A DNA stretch of 64,000 nt from Stylophora pistillata (taxonomy: Eukaryota), in NCBI RefSeq assembly GCF_002571385.2, contig NW_019218438.1, forward strand, positions 51,800-115,799, given 5' to 3'. The translations under genes were made by a program, and so were the position numbers. Under the pieces are notes generated by a model that saw nothing but the letters and a program-made list of their open reading frames with translations, ran no database searches and had not been told where the DNA came from. This document shows, piece by piece, positions 12,132 to 24,457 of the stretch (positions within the stretch are counted from its first letter, which is position 1; every line of letters begins with the position of its first letter).

Positions 12132-13630
12132 AGATCCCGTTTTTAATAATAATTGTTAGTGTTGTCATTTGTTCTAAATCGACAGTCAGGGGAGCGCGGC
12201 CAAAAATTTCCAAGAGGCATTCTACGTTTCGTTTTAAGATGGAAACCCCACATGGAGAAAAGATCACAGCGGCAGAGTTTCGGATTTATAAAGAATCGAT
12301 TTCCAACGGACACAGGGTTGTCTCCTGGGAGAACTCGACATACGAAGTGAAAATTTATCAGGTGAGGACATCATAATAGCTTTTTATCCACGCAAGCACT
12401 CCTAGAAGAGATTTTAAATTGTCGAAAGAGTCAATTTGGCAATTCTCGATGATGCTAAAACTGACACAGTCATCTCATCAAGTGGCTGCCACGATATCTG
12501 ATTATTTCTGAAGGATTTGCACACAATCACGGAACTTGTGTTGATGTCCATGTAGTTCGAGGTTTAACGCTGTGTGCATTCTCTTCGTGTTGGTCCCTAT
12601 CCCTTAGTCGCACTTGTCAGGTTTTTCCTATACCGTACAAGCTGAAATATGTAACGACAGCAGCAGACACACGCACATGTTGTGCAGTTGTTTCCAATCA
12701 TTAATTCCCCAAAAATTTAAGGGACCAACAACTATTTTGTCTTTGACTTGCCAATTTGTACTTTTTTTATGATTCTTTTCTACGTTGCATGCTTATTACT
12801 TTATGGAAGGATCATATTTAATGCATCCTGATAGCCGACGGTTACTTGCTGCATTGCATATGCTGTCAAAGTTGGAGTCCGCTCCAACGGATATGGGCCA
12901 TCACGCTCGTGGGACTTAACTCTTGCTGTTTTTTGAACATCAGGTTATTGAGCCTGCACGACTTCTCAAGGAACTGGACAAGCGGGTTCTTCGAAGCTGG
13001 GAATCTGGATGGCAGGCTTTTGACATCACACGAGCAGGGCAGGAATGGGCACAAGAAATCAATAAAAACTATGGAATCGAACTTTCTGTACACACGTACG
13101 CAGGGGTAGAACTAAACGCTTCAAGCGTTGGCTTTGTGGGTTTCCACGGCCCACAGGAGAAGCGTCCTTTTTTGGTCTCCTTCTACCGTCAAGATGGCGA
13201 ACAGAAGCTGACCTATCATCGTATTTTCAATCCACATCCAGGCCGGCGTCGCTCAGCCCGGTCCCTCGGACCTCGGTTCACCAACGTAGGAGGGAACTTC
13301 AAGACCTCGAGTCAAACGAGCTGCAGCCGGAGGATGCTGTACGTCAGTTTCCAGCGACTTGGTTGGCAAGACTGGATTATCGCGCCTGAGGGTTACTCGG
13401 CGTTTTTCTGTTACGGCGAATGCTCGTTTCCTCTAAGCGCTCACATGAACGCTACCAATCACGCCATTGTTCAAACGCTGGTACATCTCATGAATCCTAC
13501 AGTTGTACCACAGCCGTGCTGCTCTCCCACCAAACTCTCCGCCATCTCTGTCCTGTACTTTGATGACAGCAATAACGTGGTACTTAAAAAGTACACAAAC
13601 ATGGTCGTGAAAGCGTGCGGTTGCCATTAG
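6646..13630 (+). CDS. BMP5-8: Bone morphogenetic protein 5/6/7/8 (60A/gbb subgroup) precursor, 449 aa
   Basis: Exons 6646-7132, 12186-12361, 12944-13630, all GT-AG with consistent phases. Has a signal peptide, prodomain motifs ([39 protein letters not shown]), furin site RRRSAR and a 7-Cys TGF-beta domain with [14 protein letters not shown]...PCCSPTKL...[25 protein letters not shown]. Confidence 0.96.
11102..11339. mobile_element. Kolobok-like MITE in BMP intron 1
   Basis: TTAA on both flanks (11098-11101, 11340-11343). Perfect 23-bp TIR aggatcccttccaaccacaatac begins with AG (purine termini, unlike the CC termini of piggyBac). Confidence 0.75.
11845..12149. mobile_element. Non-autonomous element: terminal hairpin + inner inverted repeat + CCAAT
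   Basis: Hairpin 11845-11960; ttattaaaaacg (11961-11972) inverted at 12138-12149; CCAAT at 12101. Confidence 0.65.
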
Positions 13631-14768
13631 CAACGCCAACACCGAATTCTTTAATTTCATGCTAGCCTGTGTCGTATGTTACCGTCTCAAAATATTATTG
13701 CATACTTTGACTCAAGAAGCGGCGAGAAGGAAGTTAACGAAAGCCAGATTTACAATTGACAAACCTGACGGCGTTTGAACAGAGAGACACATTGGGTTGC
13801 CATTGCCCTTTTCACTACTCCCCGCGCAAATTCATATCAATAATATATTATGGATGGCCTCACGTGTGAGATATGAACCTCTTTACTTGAGCTATAACAT
13901 AACTACCATATAAACCCTTTTACTAGGCTTGATTTCCGCCGTTACCTTGAGTGGGGACCTCGATTGGAAGTTTGGGTGCAATTTTCGGACAACGGCAGTT
14001 CATCGACCCCTTTCCCATCACTTCCTGAAGTGGGCACATATTTTTTCTCAGGGTCCTTTCTCTTTCTTTCTCTCTCGGGAGGATCCTTAGACTTAAGTTA
14101 GAGTGAGCATTTGATGATTAAATAATACACTGTACTTTCTATCAGCTTGCATCGCCTATAAACCACTCGGAATGTTCATAGAAGACGAAAAACGTTTTCA
14201 CAAGCATTTGAAATGTTCTTCACTGTGCTGGCGAACCGATTGAGGGTACAGTCTATTGCCTTTGTCAAATAATTACAAAATGTTTCAGTTTTCTGTGGGT
14301 TTCCCAGTGCAACAAATTATATATCTTTTTTACCAATCAGGGCCCCGCATTATAACATGGTCAGTATATAAAAACTACTTACGGTTTTAAGATATGGCAA
14401 GCAGACAAATTTTTAGAATACAGAAAATTATCAGAAAGGAGATATTACGTGGATGTAACAACAAATTCTCATTCAGATCCAACAGAGAGATGTGAGTCAA
14501 CAGTAAAGATAATTATCTGTCCGATCATAGAGTAAAAAAAATGAGAAAAAGTGTGAGATCAGACTTTTGGTGAAGGGGTGTTGTTCTCTTTTACATTTCA
14601 GGTACAAAACTAAGCAATGTAGTGCATCGGTGTTCCCACGATTATTTCATTACCACAGACAACTGTTCTCGGCAAAAATTTTATTCAAGCGATTCTATGC
14701 AATTCAAGCTGTTGTCGGATTCCCATCAATCCTTTACAGCTTAACAGGAGTGTGCATATTCTCCATAC

Positions 14769-15110
14769 ACCGTCCCCCCGGTTAGCCCAATTAGTTAGAG
14801 CGCCGGACTGTGTTATGCGGGAGGTCGAGGGTTCGAGCCCCGGCTGGACCAATACTCATGATCTTAAAATAACCGAGGAGAATTTGCTACCTTTCTATAA
14901 AATCAAGAAATGGATAGTTATTCTAGTCTTCTCGGATAAGGACGAATAAACCGTAGGCCCCGTCTCCTGCAGGTTTAGGGGTAGGAGACGTTAATTTCCC
15001 ACACACGAGATTACTGTGTGGTGGATGTCCTTCTCTGGGGTTACTTGAACTGTTATATTATTATAATTTGGATCAAATGCAAAGCTATCCGAGCCTCAGC
15101 TTCAGAAGGT

Positions 15111-15111
<1 letters not shown>
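14769..15111 (+). mobile_element. tRNA-derived SINE (Nin-domain-like core)
   Basis: A/B boxes (ttagcccaattagttagagcg, gggttcgagcccc), core ggataaggacgaataaaccgtaggccccgtctc, ends in (AAT)n. Confidence 0.8.
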
Positions 15112-15155
<44 letters not shown>

Positions 15156-15589
15156 TTAATATTTATATTGCGCAAATTAACATGTGGATATGATCAAATG
15201 CGCATCACAACACTTTTCGGGGGACTTTGGCCGGACTGCATCAGCAGTTTACAAACAATCGAAGGAAACTTATTTGAAGATGCCCCCTCCCCCCAATTCC
15301 CAGTAAACAGGCCAGACCACATCACAGTAATCTCGTGAGTGGGTTCTTTAACGTCCCCTGCCTAACCAAATTAACTAATTAATAGATGCAGGAGACGGGA
15401 CCTACGGTTTATTCGTCCTTATCCGAGAAGACTAGAATGTCTATCCATTTCTTGATATTATAGAAAGGTAGCGCATTCTCAGTTATTTTAAGACCTTGAG
15501 TGTTGGTCCGGCCGGGGCTCGAACCATCGACCTCGACCTCCCGCACAACAGTCCAGCGCTCTAACCAATTGAGCTAACCGGGAGGCGGT
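15112..15589 (-). mobile_element. tRNA-derived SINE (Nin-domain-like core) with (ATT)n tail
   Basis: Reverse complement of the same head and core; near-identical to the copy at 56256-56716. Confidence 0.85.
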
Positions 15590-16070
15590 TAATGTGAAAT
15601 CAATATACATTGGTATCCAAAGTAATCCAATGTTTTGTCGTTTCTGTGATGGATAATTTTTCCTGAGGCACTTAACTTCAATCTGTCTAGTTTGCCCGAA
15701 TGATGCTTGTTTTCTGTGGCTCTGGAAGTCCAACTGCGGTTAGGTCCGCTCTGTGTTTTCCATTCTAGACGAGTGATTTCCCTTTAAAGTGGGGAACTTC
15801 AGGCGAGAGGAGATTTCTTACCTCAAAAGCGTACGTTTGTTGTCCTTTCACGTTCACAGGATTGTAAAGGAAAACTTTGTTGGCTAATCTGCGAGGGGTT
15901 TTTAGATGATAGGCCAGAAAGGAGGCGAGAATTTTCTTGACTGAGCACGAGAAAAAAATAAACAAAGTCTTTGCCCAGTCTACCTTGGAAGAACTATGCA
16001 ATCTTACCTTTATATAATGTGAATATTAACCAACCAGAAGAGACGCTGACCATAATTCCCCCAAACCAAC

Positions 16071-18685
16071 ATGGCGTCCAAGCGAGTGTTACCTGTTGGG
16101 TTGCAAACGGCTCTTCCAGTAGGCCTTTCTGCCGCGTTAAGGGAAGATAAAAAAAATACCAGACCAACAAATGTTCAACAGTTAAACGAGATATCCATAA
16201 CTGCGCAAGGACTGCAAACGGTTGAAGATATTGTTAGCAAAGCGACCAATTTGTTTCGATGTTTGCAAGAAAAAAACATGGTTGTGGACGACAAGTCGAA
16301 GCAAGAAGCGCGGAATAACAACAAAAAAGTACAAGACACATTGAATAGTTTGAAAGAGTTGTTCTCTCGTTTGAGGATTTTCTATGACGAGAGTAACAGA
16401 CGGATCGAAATCCCTCATGGGGAAGATTTGGAGGCGAGTTGTTTTTGTATTGTTAATGTTGTTGTTTTGATCTTGTAGTTCTCTTTCGCTTTTTTACTCA
16501 TGTTGGCCCATTGGTAGAAAAAAATAACTGAAATTTTTATTAAGCCTGGTTGCTGCTTGTCTCAAAGGGTTGCAGACCGCCAGTGTTATTACTAACCAAG
16601 TAAAAAATGAGAAAGAGCTTTCTCAATTCTGCCTTTGTTTTCATTGACACCAGGTAACTGGTAGTCTTGCTACCCCCGTTTTCTTGATAAAATGATGGCC
16701 CATTATAGTAAAAGCCATTCCCTCCCTTGGTTATTAGTGGATGTTCTTTGTCAGTTGTAACTATCTTTTTGCTGGTTGCAGGAGACTGGGTGTGAAAGTG
16801 GTAGTAAAGTTAGCAATATGAATTTTCGAGTATATGTACATTCATGACGACTTCAGCTTAGACAAAGTGTGTAATTCTGCGAACCCCAACTCAAGTGGGG
16901 TTCGCGCATATGTATGAGCTCTGTTACCTAGTAACGCGTGACGTATTTTACGTCACGTTTCATGGGGAGTCTCTGATGGAAGCTGGGTAGTAAAACCTGT
17001 TTGGATGTGGTAGGAGAAACAAAGGATAGATTGAGAAATGCGAAGTGAACTACATTAAATTTGGAAAGCTTTGTTTGCTAAGTGGAAGCGTGTTACAGTT
17101 CAACGAGCAGTTTAGTAAATGGTTTTGATCTTTGAAACTCATAAAGATTTCGTCCATGAACAATTGTGCAAATTTACGCCTGAAATGAAAGTGAACTGTA
17201 ATTTGAGCTTTTTGTTTACAAAAGCTTTGGTGATATTTAGAAGTAAAAGCCAGTCTTCCTAAAGCCAAGACATTGTTCACTGAAGGGAATTTTATGTAGG
17301 TAAGGGGTGCTTATTTACTGGTCTTTTTTATTTCGATATCTTGTACTGTTTCTCTTGATTTAGAGCACAATTCCATTTTGTTCTTGTAGCTGAACATAAA
17401 GAAACGAACTGAATATTCGATCCCTGATCTCTTGTGGATCACAGACACAGCAATTCCGCTCTGCATTCCAGCCGTCAAAGGACATGATCACAAAATTATC
17501 GTTCACTTCTCCAGTGCACGCACACCAAACTCCTTCTTCATTGACTGCTTCAGCTTTGAAGCCAACAGTTTTTGGAGCAATATCTCATTTTTCGTCAACT
17601 GTACCTTTTGCTAAGCGATCACAACAGGTTTGCGATCGAGAACACCAGTCAACTTGTTTTGATGAATCTGCAATCGGTCGCAAGGATACTAAGTGGTGTC
17701 CAGTATCTCTCGGTAATTCTAGCTCCTCGTTGTGCATGTGTCGATTAAAACCCAAATTCTTAATGAATTACACACTTTGTCTGTCTTGAAGTCGTAATGG
17801 GACAGTAAGAATTCCTAACTCTCTCATGAAAAGCTATGTGCTATAATGATCTTTTCTCTAGGCTCTGATTCCCATGAGAACTTCAGAGGAAGATTCTGAT
17901 ATGGAAATATCCAATGATACAACAGCCCTTGGAATTGAGCATGATACACTTCAAGAGGTAATTTCATATTTTGACCCTTTAAGTGTGATGTATCATCAGC
18001 ATGCTTGTTATGTTATCACTCCTGAATTAAACCTAAAGGTCATGAGAATAAAGGAAATTATCACATAACCAAAGTAAAGCACGTGCTCTGATTGTTTAAT
18101 TCCGTGTCCATCATTTGCCCATGGGTGTACACTGCTGACGTGAGCAAATTCAAAGACTAGTTTTCTGCGTGTGCTTGTTTTTTTCTGGTCACGCAAGATT
18201 TGTTAAATTAAAAAAAAAATAGCGCTTTTGGTACAATGTATAAATGTTATGTCATAAAACAAATGGTAAATGCGGTAGTGTACACTGTTGAGTTATGGAT
18301 GCACTCGGGAGGTTTGTTAAGCACTCAAGAAGCTAGAGTCTCTCTTGGCTATTGCCTTGCACAACTCTTACGCTTCTTTCATGCTTAGCAACCTCCCACT
18401 ACATCCATAACTGAATAGTGTACGCTGTGGCGTATATTGTTTGCTAATGATCAGCATCTGAAGGAGCTCTTGGTTGAAGTTGAGAATGATCATAGCAGTA
18501 GTGGTCTGGCCTGATATTTGAAGAGGTCCACATTTTCAACATAAGCATCGCACTAACAGAGTTTGGTCCTGATTCTTCCTCAACAGAAACTGAGAAGCAA
18601 GAACCAGGAAATAAAAGAACTTATAGATAAGCTGAGAACTTTGGTATGGGATATCAACACAATGATGGCTTTAAAACCAAGCTAG
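16071..18685 (+). CDS. MED30: Mediator complex subunit 30, 185 aa
   Basis: Exons 16071-16433 (GC donor GAG|GCGAGT), 17862-17957, 18587-18685. Motifs G.QTVEDIV, LFSRLRIFYD, LIP and KLRSKNQEIKELIDKLRTLVWDINTMMA match MED30. Confidence 0.9.
16843..17799. mobile_element. About 957-bp element with 35-bp imperfect TIRs in MED30 intron 1
   Basis: catgacgacttcagcttagacaaagtgtgtaattc vs the reverse complement of gaattacacactttgtctgtcttgaagtcgtaatg; no clear TSD. Confidence 0.65.
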
Positions 18686-19403
18686 AATATCAGTTGTGCT
18701 TGGTTTGTTCATGGACATAGCAGCCAATATGAAACCAAACCATTTCCTTCCCAAGATACTGATTTTTAATTCTCTTTAATGTGTGTGATGCATTTCTTAA
18801 TCTTACTTCTGAGAATTTGGTGCAAAATCAAACACTATTCCCTTGGTTAATATTTTTTGATATTGTCGTCACTTGTCTGCTTGCAAGTGCATCACCATTG
18901 TAAGGAAAAATGTAGTTTTTGGTCATTAAGGGGAGTGAAAGGGAAAACCCCATACACTCTCAGGCTTCTAGAGGGATGCTTTAACACACAGTAAACTGCA
19001 AGGAGCATTTGAATTTGAAAAGAAATGTAAAACTTTAGCCAGAGAATGCATCGAGAAACATAATAGCCAGAAAATGGAGTAAAGTCACAAGAAAAAAGAA
19101 ATCCTCAGTGTCAGACTAAAACAACAATCAGGTCATTGAATATGTGCCAAAGAACTCTTTTAACTTTGGAGTATTTTTTGTAGATGGATACTTCTTTATG
19201 AATTGTGTCACCTTTCTTTGTATGACTCTGTCATATTAAAACATGAATTGTCTCAAGTTGAAGTTTTCTTGATGTTGTGAGGTCTAGAAGCATGTGACTT
19301 CATTCCACTAATTTATGTGTGTTTTTCTTGTCGCCATGTTCCCACCAATGGCGTAGCTCCGCTTTCTGCATGTAAACCCACATACAACCCACACTTCTCC
19401 ATT

Positions 19404-19439
19404 CGCTCTGATGAGGGGCTAACGCTCGAAATGTTAGCT
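19404..19439 (+). ncRNA. Minimal type I hammerhead ribozyme remnant (Penelope-type repeat)
   Basis: cgct-CTGATGA-g-gggc(taac)gctc-GAAA-tg-tt-agct: intact core boxes, stem II, and stem I gct/agc. Confidence 0.6.
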
Positions 19440-19517
19440 TTTTTATTTGTTACGGTGGCCAATTTACAATTATTTCAACTTAGTTGATATAACCAAATTG
19501 ACTTCTTTGAAGTCTAT

Positions 19518-20548
19518 TTAACCCTTTAACTCCCAAGATCTGTTAATTAGTTCTTATTAACCGAGCGGGCAGTCTGTATGGGAGAATCTTGACCGAGGTC
19601 ACCAGTACAGACCAAACGCAGTGAGATCTGTACCAGCAACTGAGGTCAAGATTCTCCCATACAGACCAGCCTAGTTTGGTTAATAAGATGTTTATTATAT
19701 GGCTGTGTCTTATCTGCCAATTTTTTATATTCTTTGTACCTTTTTTTTCTAGACCGGTCTAGATGCCGGTCTAGATGGGAAAATCTAGACCACTTTCAAT
19801 ATTGATTTCAGCCAATCAAATTGGTGAATTCTGTAGTTCCCAGTCCTTGTGAGACACAGCCATATAATAATTATCAATATCAACGTGGCAGGTTTATATT
19901 GATAGAGTCCGGAATGCAACTCACCCCTTACATTTTATCCTCCCTAAACAGGAAGAGGTTGTGCATAATTATAATCTTAGATCTGGCATTAGCCGCTCCA
20001 TGCGTCCTACTTGTAGGACCAAGCGCATGCAAGAGTTCGTCGTGCACAAGTATACCTAGTGGCTTGTATAATTATGCCTTCTAGTATTATTGGATTTATT
20101 ATATTATATTTTAGTATTATATTTTTTGTGAATAGCTCTGTAATTCAGCCATTTTGTATATTGCTGGAATGAGTCAATAAACAGTCTAAAAAAAAAAAAA
20201 AAATTAATTCTTCCCTTTAGCTGCTATATGTTTCTCAGTAAAATTATAAGAATTTGGTGTTAGATCAAGATGTAAACCCCTACCCAAGGCTGTGCTCTAA
20301 GGAAGATTGAATGGAGCCCAGTGCCCTGAAACTGTGAACACTACGGTGCCCAGCACATGCTTTTTATGAAAAAACTAAAATTCCTGAGTCACCCAACAGC
20401 AAAAGTAAGGTGCCCGGGCCACCGGGTGCTGCTAGACTACAGCCTTGTCACCTGTAAAGTCTGAGTATTTTCATTGCCTGTTTGCTGGATAATGTTTAGA
20501 TATTATCAGGAGAAGTTACAAATCCATCATTTCTTGCAGAGGAGTTAG
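19518..20548. mobile_element. piggyBac-like (TTAA-CCCT) MITE interrupted by nested insertions
   Basis: Starts ttaaccctttaactcccaagatctg at 19518 and resumes at about 20203. Related copies at about 20628-20835, 30417-30615, 32017-32717 and 52428-52635. Confidence 0.6.
19553..19870. mobile_element. Non-autonomous element: terminal hairpin + perfect 19-bp inner inverted repeat + CCAAT
   Basis: Hairpin 19553-19687; ttattatatggctgtgtct (19692-19710) inverted at 19852-19870; CCAAT at 19812. Confidence 0.7.
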
Positions 20549-21275
20549 TCATCTCCAAGCATAGGCAGATAAACATATCAAGAGAATAAAGTCCAGTGAA
20601 ATTGTCCTCAGAAACAAGTGTATCTGTTTTAACTCTGTAGCTCCCATGATCTGATTAGTAATTCTCCCTTGTTGCTTTCCTACTTTTCCTTTGAAATCAA
20701 GGTGAGAATTTGGAGGTGGATCAAGATATTACCTCTCTAGCTGCTAGTTTTTTTTTTTCTCATCACCTACTTGCATCATAATTTCTAAAGTTTTTTTGGG
20801 AGAATTTACATGTTAAGACATTCCTATAAGTTACATGGTTAAAGCTAGTTGTAGGCAACTAATTGAAGATCTATGTAACATTGAGTGCAACCTGAAAAAA
20901 ATTTTTTATAAAAATTACCCCTCTTGTGGTTCTCTTTCTTGCAGACAAACTTTACAATCTGCTTCAATCTTGTCTATCCTGAGCCATCTTTATGAATTTG
21001 TAGTTCATTTTTGTCCCTGTATTATTTCCTGTTTTATCAAACGAATATTTATGGTCCCTTTCAAGCTGAAAATAGTCTTCACAGCACAAAAATTTGACTC
21101 AAGCTCCTATCTGCAATTCGTGTCAATATTGACCATGTTTTCATTCATGCTGGCTCTTATTTGATTTATTCTTACTTCTTCGCTTTTTATTTAATTCCAC
21201 AGTCGACCATTTGAATCGCTAATCCTGCAGAAACGCCTTTGACTTTAACGTGTACAAAATAGCGACATAGTCTTC

Positions 21276-22163
21276 TCAAAGTTTCTCTTCTTGCACAAAT
21301 GTCAGTGATCTACTAGAAACCTCAGTCACAGTGAACTTTTTCCCCTGTCTCTTCATTTTGTGCGATTCAATGATGATTTCGTGTCTTCTGTCTTCGTAAT
21401 CTAGAATTGCTAAAATGGCCCTCATCTGTTCATCTGCGTGGAAGTCGATCATATAGTAGAAGAAAGCATCACGTAGAAATTTCAATTTTAGCTGCGTCTG
21501 CATTTCTCTTTGAGTCTGTTTATGGTTCTTTGGTGATGCACTTTTGTTCGGAAACTGTGGCATCGTGGCCAAAATTTTCTGCTCGCTGTTCAGGAACTGG
21601 TTGTTTGCCTTAAAATCGGTTAATTGCTTTTCCGTTTCTTTCAATTTACGCTGCAACTCAACTAACTCATGCATAGAAGAACAACAAGGTACAATCTCCT
21701 CTGGGTCGCTTCCTTGCTGCGGATTTTCAAATTCTCGAAGCTTTTCTTTTAGTTCTTTGATCTCCTCTGCTAATTTTGATTTCTCGTTTTCATCCTTACG
21801 GCGCTTCTCCTCCTTCGACTCGCTCTCTCGTTCAAGTTTTTTTCTTACTTGTTGCTCTCTGTGGAGATCTTTGCGAGCTTTTTCCAGTTCTTGCCGTAAA
21901 GTGGCGCTTTCTTTATCTCGTACTAACAGAAGCCTTCTCGTGTCCGTCAACGCTCGCTCCAGTTCACAGATGGTAGCTCTTAGTAAAGAATTCGACGTTA
22001 CGGAAGCAGTGTCTGGGAGATCTTTCTTTGAATTTAACGCTCTATCGTCCTCTTCTTGTTCTCCATCCGAATCATCATCAAAGAAATTTATCTCAAAATC
22101 ATCCAAATTATTGACGGCATTGTTATATTTCTTTTTCTCCGCTTGAGCTGAAGAATTCTCCAT
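21276..22163 (-). CDS. Coiled-coil protein with C-terminal GRIP-like domain, 295 aa (single coding exon)
   Basis: First true ATG at 22163 (the ORF track starts at a GTG). Acidic N-terminus, long heptad-rich E/K/L region, and C-terminal LKFLRDAFFYYMIDFHADEQMRAILAILDYEDRR resembling the GRIP consensus. Confidence 0.75.
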   Translation of the reverse strand: MENSSAQAEKKKYNNAVNNLDDFEINFFDDDSDGEQEEDDRALNSKKDLPDTASVTSNSLLRATICELERALTDTRRLLLVRDKESATLRQELEKARKDLHREQQVRKKLERESESKEEKRRKDENEKSKLAEEIKELKEKLREFENPQQGSDPEEIVPCCSSMHELVELQRKLKETEKQLTDFKANNQFLNSEQKILATMPQFPNKSASPKNHKQTQREMQTQLKLKFLRDAFFYYMIDFHADEQMRAILAILDYEDRRHEIIIESHKMKRQGKKFTVTEVSSRSLTFVQEEKL

Positions 22164-23199
22164 TAGGGACTTATATAAGAGGAAAATGATAATGTGGTTA
22201 ACCTTAATTATCACGTGCCAGTTGAGTGGTTGATATGTTTGAGGTAGAACAAAGAGCAATAAAGAGACCTGTGGAACCACACGCGGTTCCTTGAAACGGA
22301 AGTACCTGTTCTTAAGTGGGATATGGGATATGTTACCTGCCTATAGAACACTACCCACAACAGGTGGTTGATTGCTACTTGAGCCTAGCGTAGAGGAATG
22401 TCCAATGCGTGTCGGAAGTAACTCGGGACCTTCTTTCCTCCGTAGAGGCTTTATTATGGATATCCGCTGAACGCTATGACGTCTCATGCGTTTTGCAGCA
22501 GCACTAGTACAGTAGGCATCTACCTCGAGAGAGATCCGGAATTTTCTTGATTTTGCTTAACTGAAAAATAAAAAATAAAAAAAAAACTCATAGCATTCTC
22601 CAGACCAGTCAAATGCGAGGCTAAATCCAAGCCCCACTTGATCACTCTAGTTTTCCAGTCCTCCTCAAGGTCGCTTACGTCACTTCATTCTAATTCCTCA
22701 TCTTTTCCTTCTGAATCTTTGTTTTTGTACGTGCGATTAGCCCTTTAATGGTCTTGAGCCTCGTCCTTTGTTTCTATGTCACTTCTATGCATTTTCATTG
22801 CGTTTCATTTTTCGAATTGGCAGCTATATCATGTTTTGGGGGAACAATTTTTTTACGCCTCGAGTCGACTAAAATGTACCGTGGGAGCTATTGTTTTGCG
22901 ATTTTCTGTTGAAGCAGGACAGTGTCAAGTGAAAGAAGTTTAAAGTTAACAATTTCTGGAGCTATACTGGCGGAGCAATGCTACTTGATTTGTTCGATAA
23001 AAAAAAGCAGAAGGAAAAAAAGGAAGAAAATTAATTTGTAAATAGATATGAGTCTAAGTACAAAAAAAAAAACACCATTGTTTCGCATGCGGAGTTTAAT
23101 TGGAGGTAATAACTTTTTGCGTCGGTCTATTTTTGAGAGCCGAGGACAAAGCGCAAAAATTAAAACCTGCAAAATTAGCATGCTATTTAGCGAATAAAG

Positions 23200-23346
23200 G
23201 CTGATAGTTTCGAAAGAAACTGTTTGGGGCTGCGTCGGTGGGAGTAACGAAATAATTTGGATATATCAACAAAGTTGAAATGGTAAATTGGCCACCGTAA
23301 TGATTACAAAAGCTGACGTTTCGAGCGTTAGCCCTTCGTCGGAGCG
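23200..23346 (-). mobile_element. Penelope-type short repeat carrying a hammerhead motif (23311-23346)
   Basis: Reverse complement cgct-CCGACGA-a-gggc(taac)gctc-GAAA-cg-tc-agct. The body matches 57990-58130. Confidence 0.65.
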
Positions 23347-24320
23347 ATTTATTGATGCTATTTAGTGACTTGAGCTCCGAGCAAAGTACGAGGGATCGGC
23401 TGTGATGGCGTTTGTTCTTCCTTAACTTGATTTAAAGTGTTGGTGGACTGGGGGATTTTAAAGGAGAGGTGAACAAATTAAAGATGTTGAAATAATTAAA
23501 ACATTAAAAACCAAAGACGAAAGCACCAATCATCCTAGTTTTCTTTATTTTTATTAAAGTTATTACAGGCCCGAGGTCTTTATGAAAGGCCTTCGTCCGT
23601 ACGTTTTGAATAAAATCTGTTCTTTCCTACTCATTAAGAGCAGCTTTCAGTTGAGTGTCGATCATAATTCAGGACTGGACTGATCTTGCTTTACAACACC
23701 TAATTGGTCGAGGAATCCTGCGCTATTCTTTCAACCAATCAGAGGCAAAATATGAAGCAGCGGTGGCTTCGTCATTTTCATTTTTTCAGCGCCTCATCCA
23801 GTTCGCTTATTTTTTTTTCCTTATGCGAGTAATCATGTGCTTCTTATAAAGTCAGTGCTTGTTCTGAATAGCCGCCGTTTGCCGCCGTATTTATAATTAC
23901 TCTGGCGTTGGTTTCACCAGCGACACTCAATAGACATGCGCCCTGGGAACAACTAGCTAAACAAAAAGCCCTTTAGCTGCCATGCTCTTGTTTGTATGCA
24001 GTCTAACGACCTCTGTCATCTATGATGTCTATGATGTCTATGATGTGACACGAATGAAAGCCAATTTTAAATAACCTATGAGTAAGGCTTTCGTCATACT
24101 TGGATATGGGTCGTAAGATATTTCATTCCGTGAACTTCTGGGAGATCCAACTGTACTCTGCTTGGCTCCTCTCTACATAGCATAAAATTACCTATCGGAG
24201 GCATCTAATGTAGGCTATTTACCTCTATCCTACGTACGTAAGAAAGCTTTGCCTCGTTTAGAAAGGCCTTTTTCGTGATGTTTAGTTTTCTTGCAAACGA
24301 TACTTTTCTATTGGTAAAAC

Positions 24321-24457
24321 TCATGACAGGACGGAATATGCGTGCACTGTAAGTACCTCCTGTTGTCCCATACAAAAGCAGTTAGAAAACTATTCTAAGG
24401 CTTTGTATGGGACAACGGGAGGTATTTAAAGTGCACGCATTTTCCGTCCTGTCATGA
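24321..24457. repeat. Palindromic MITE-like element
   Basis: tcatgacaggacggaa...gtcccatacaaa / tttgtatgggac...ttccgtcctgtcatga arms of about 55 bp. Confidence 0.75.

Noticed and set aside
21544-22146. 200-aa Ser/Phe-rich plus-strand ORF
   Set aside because: Antisense shadow of the E/K-rich coiled-coil gene.
22164-22280. N-terminal extension of the GRIP-like ORF from the ORF track
   Set aside because: It starts at GTG and looks like intron or UTR sequence; the first ATG is 22163.
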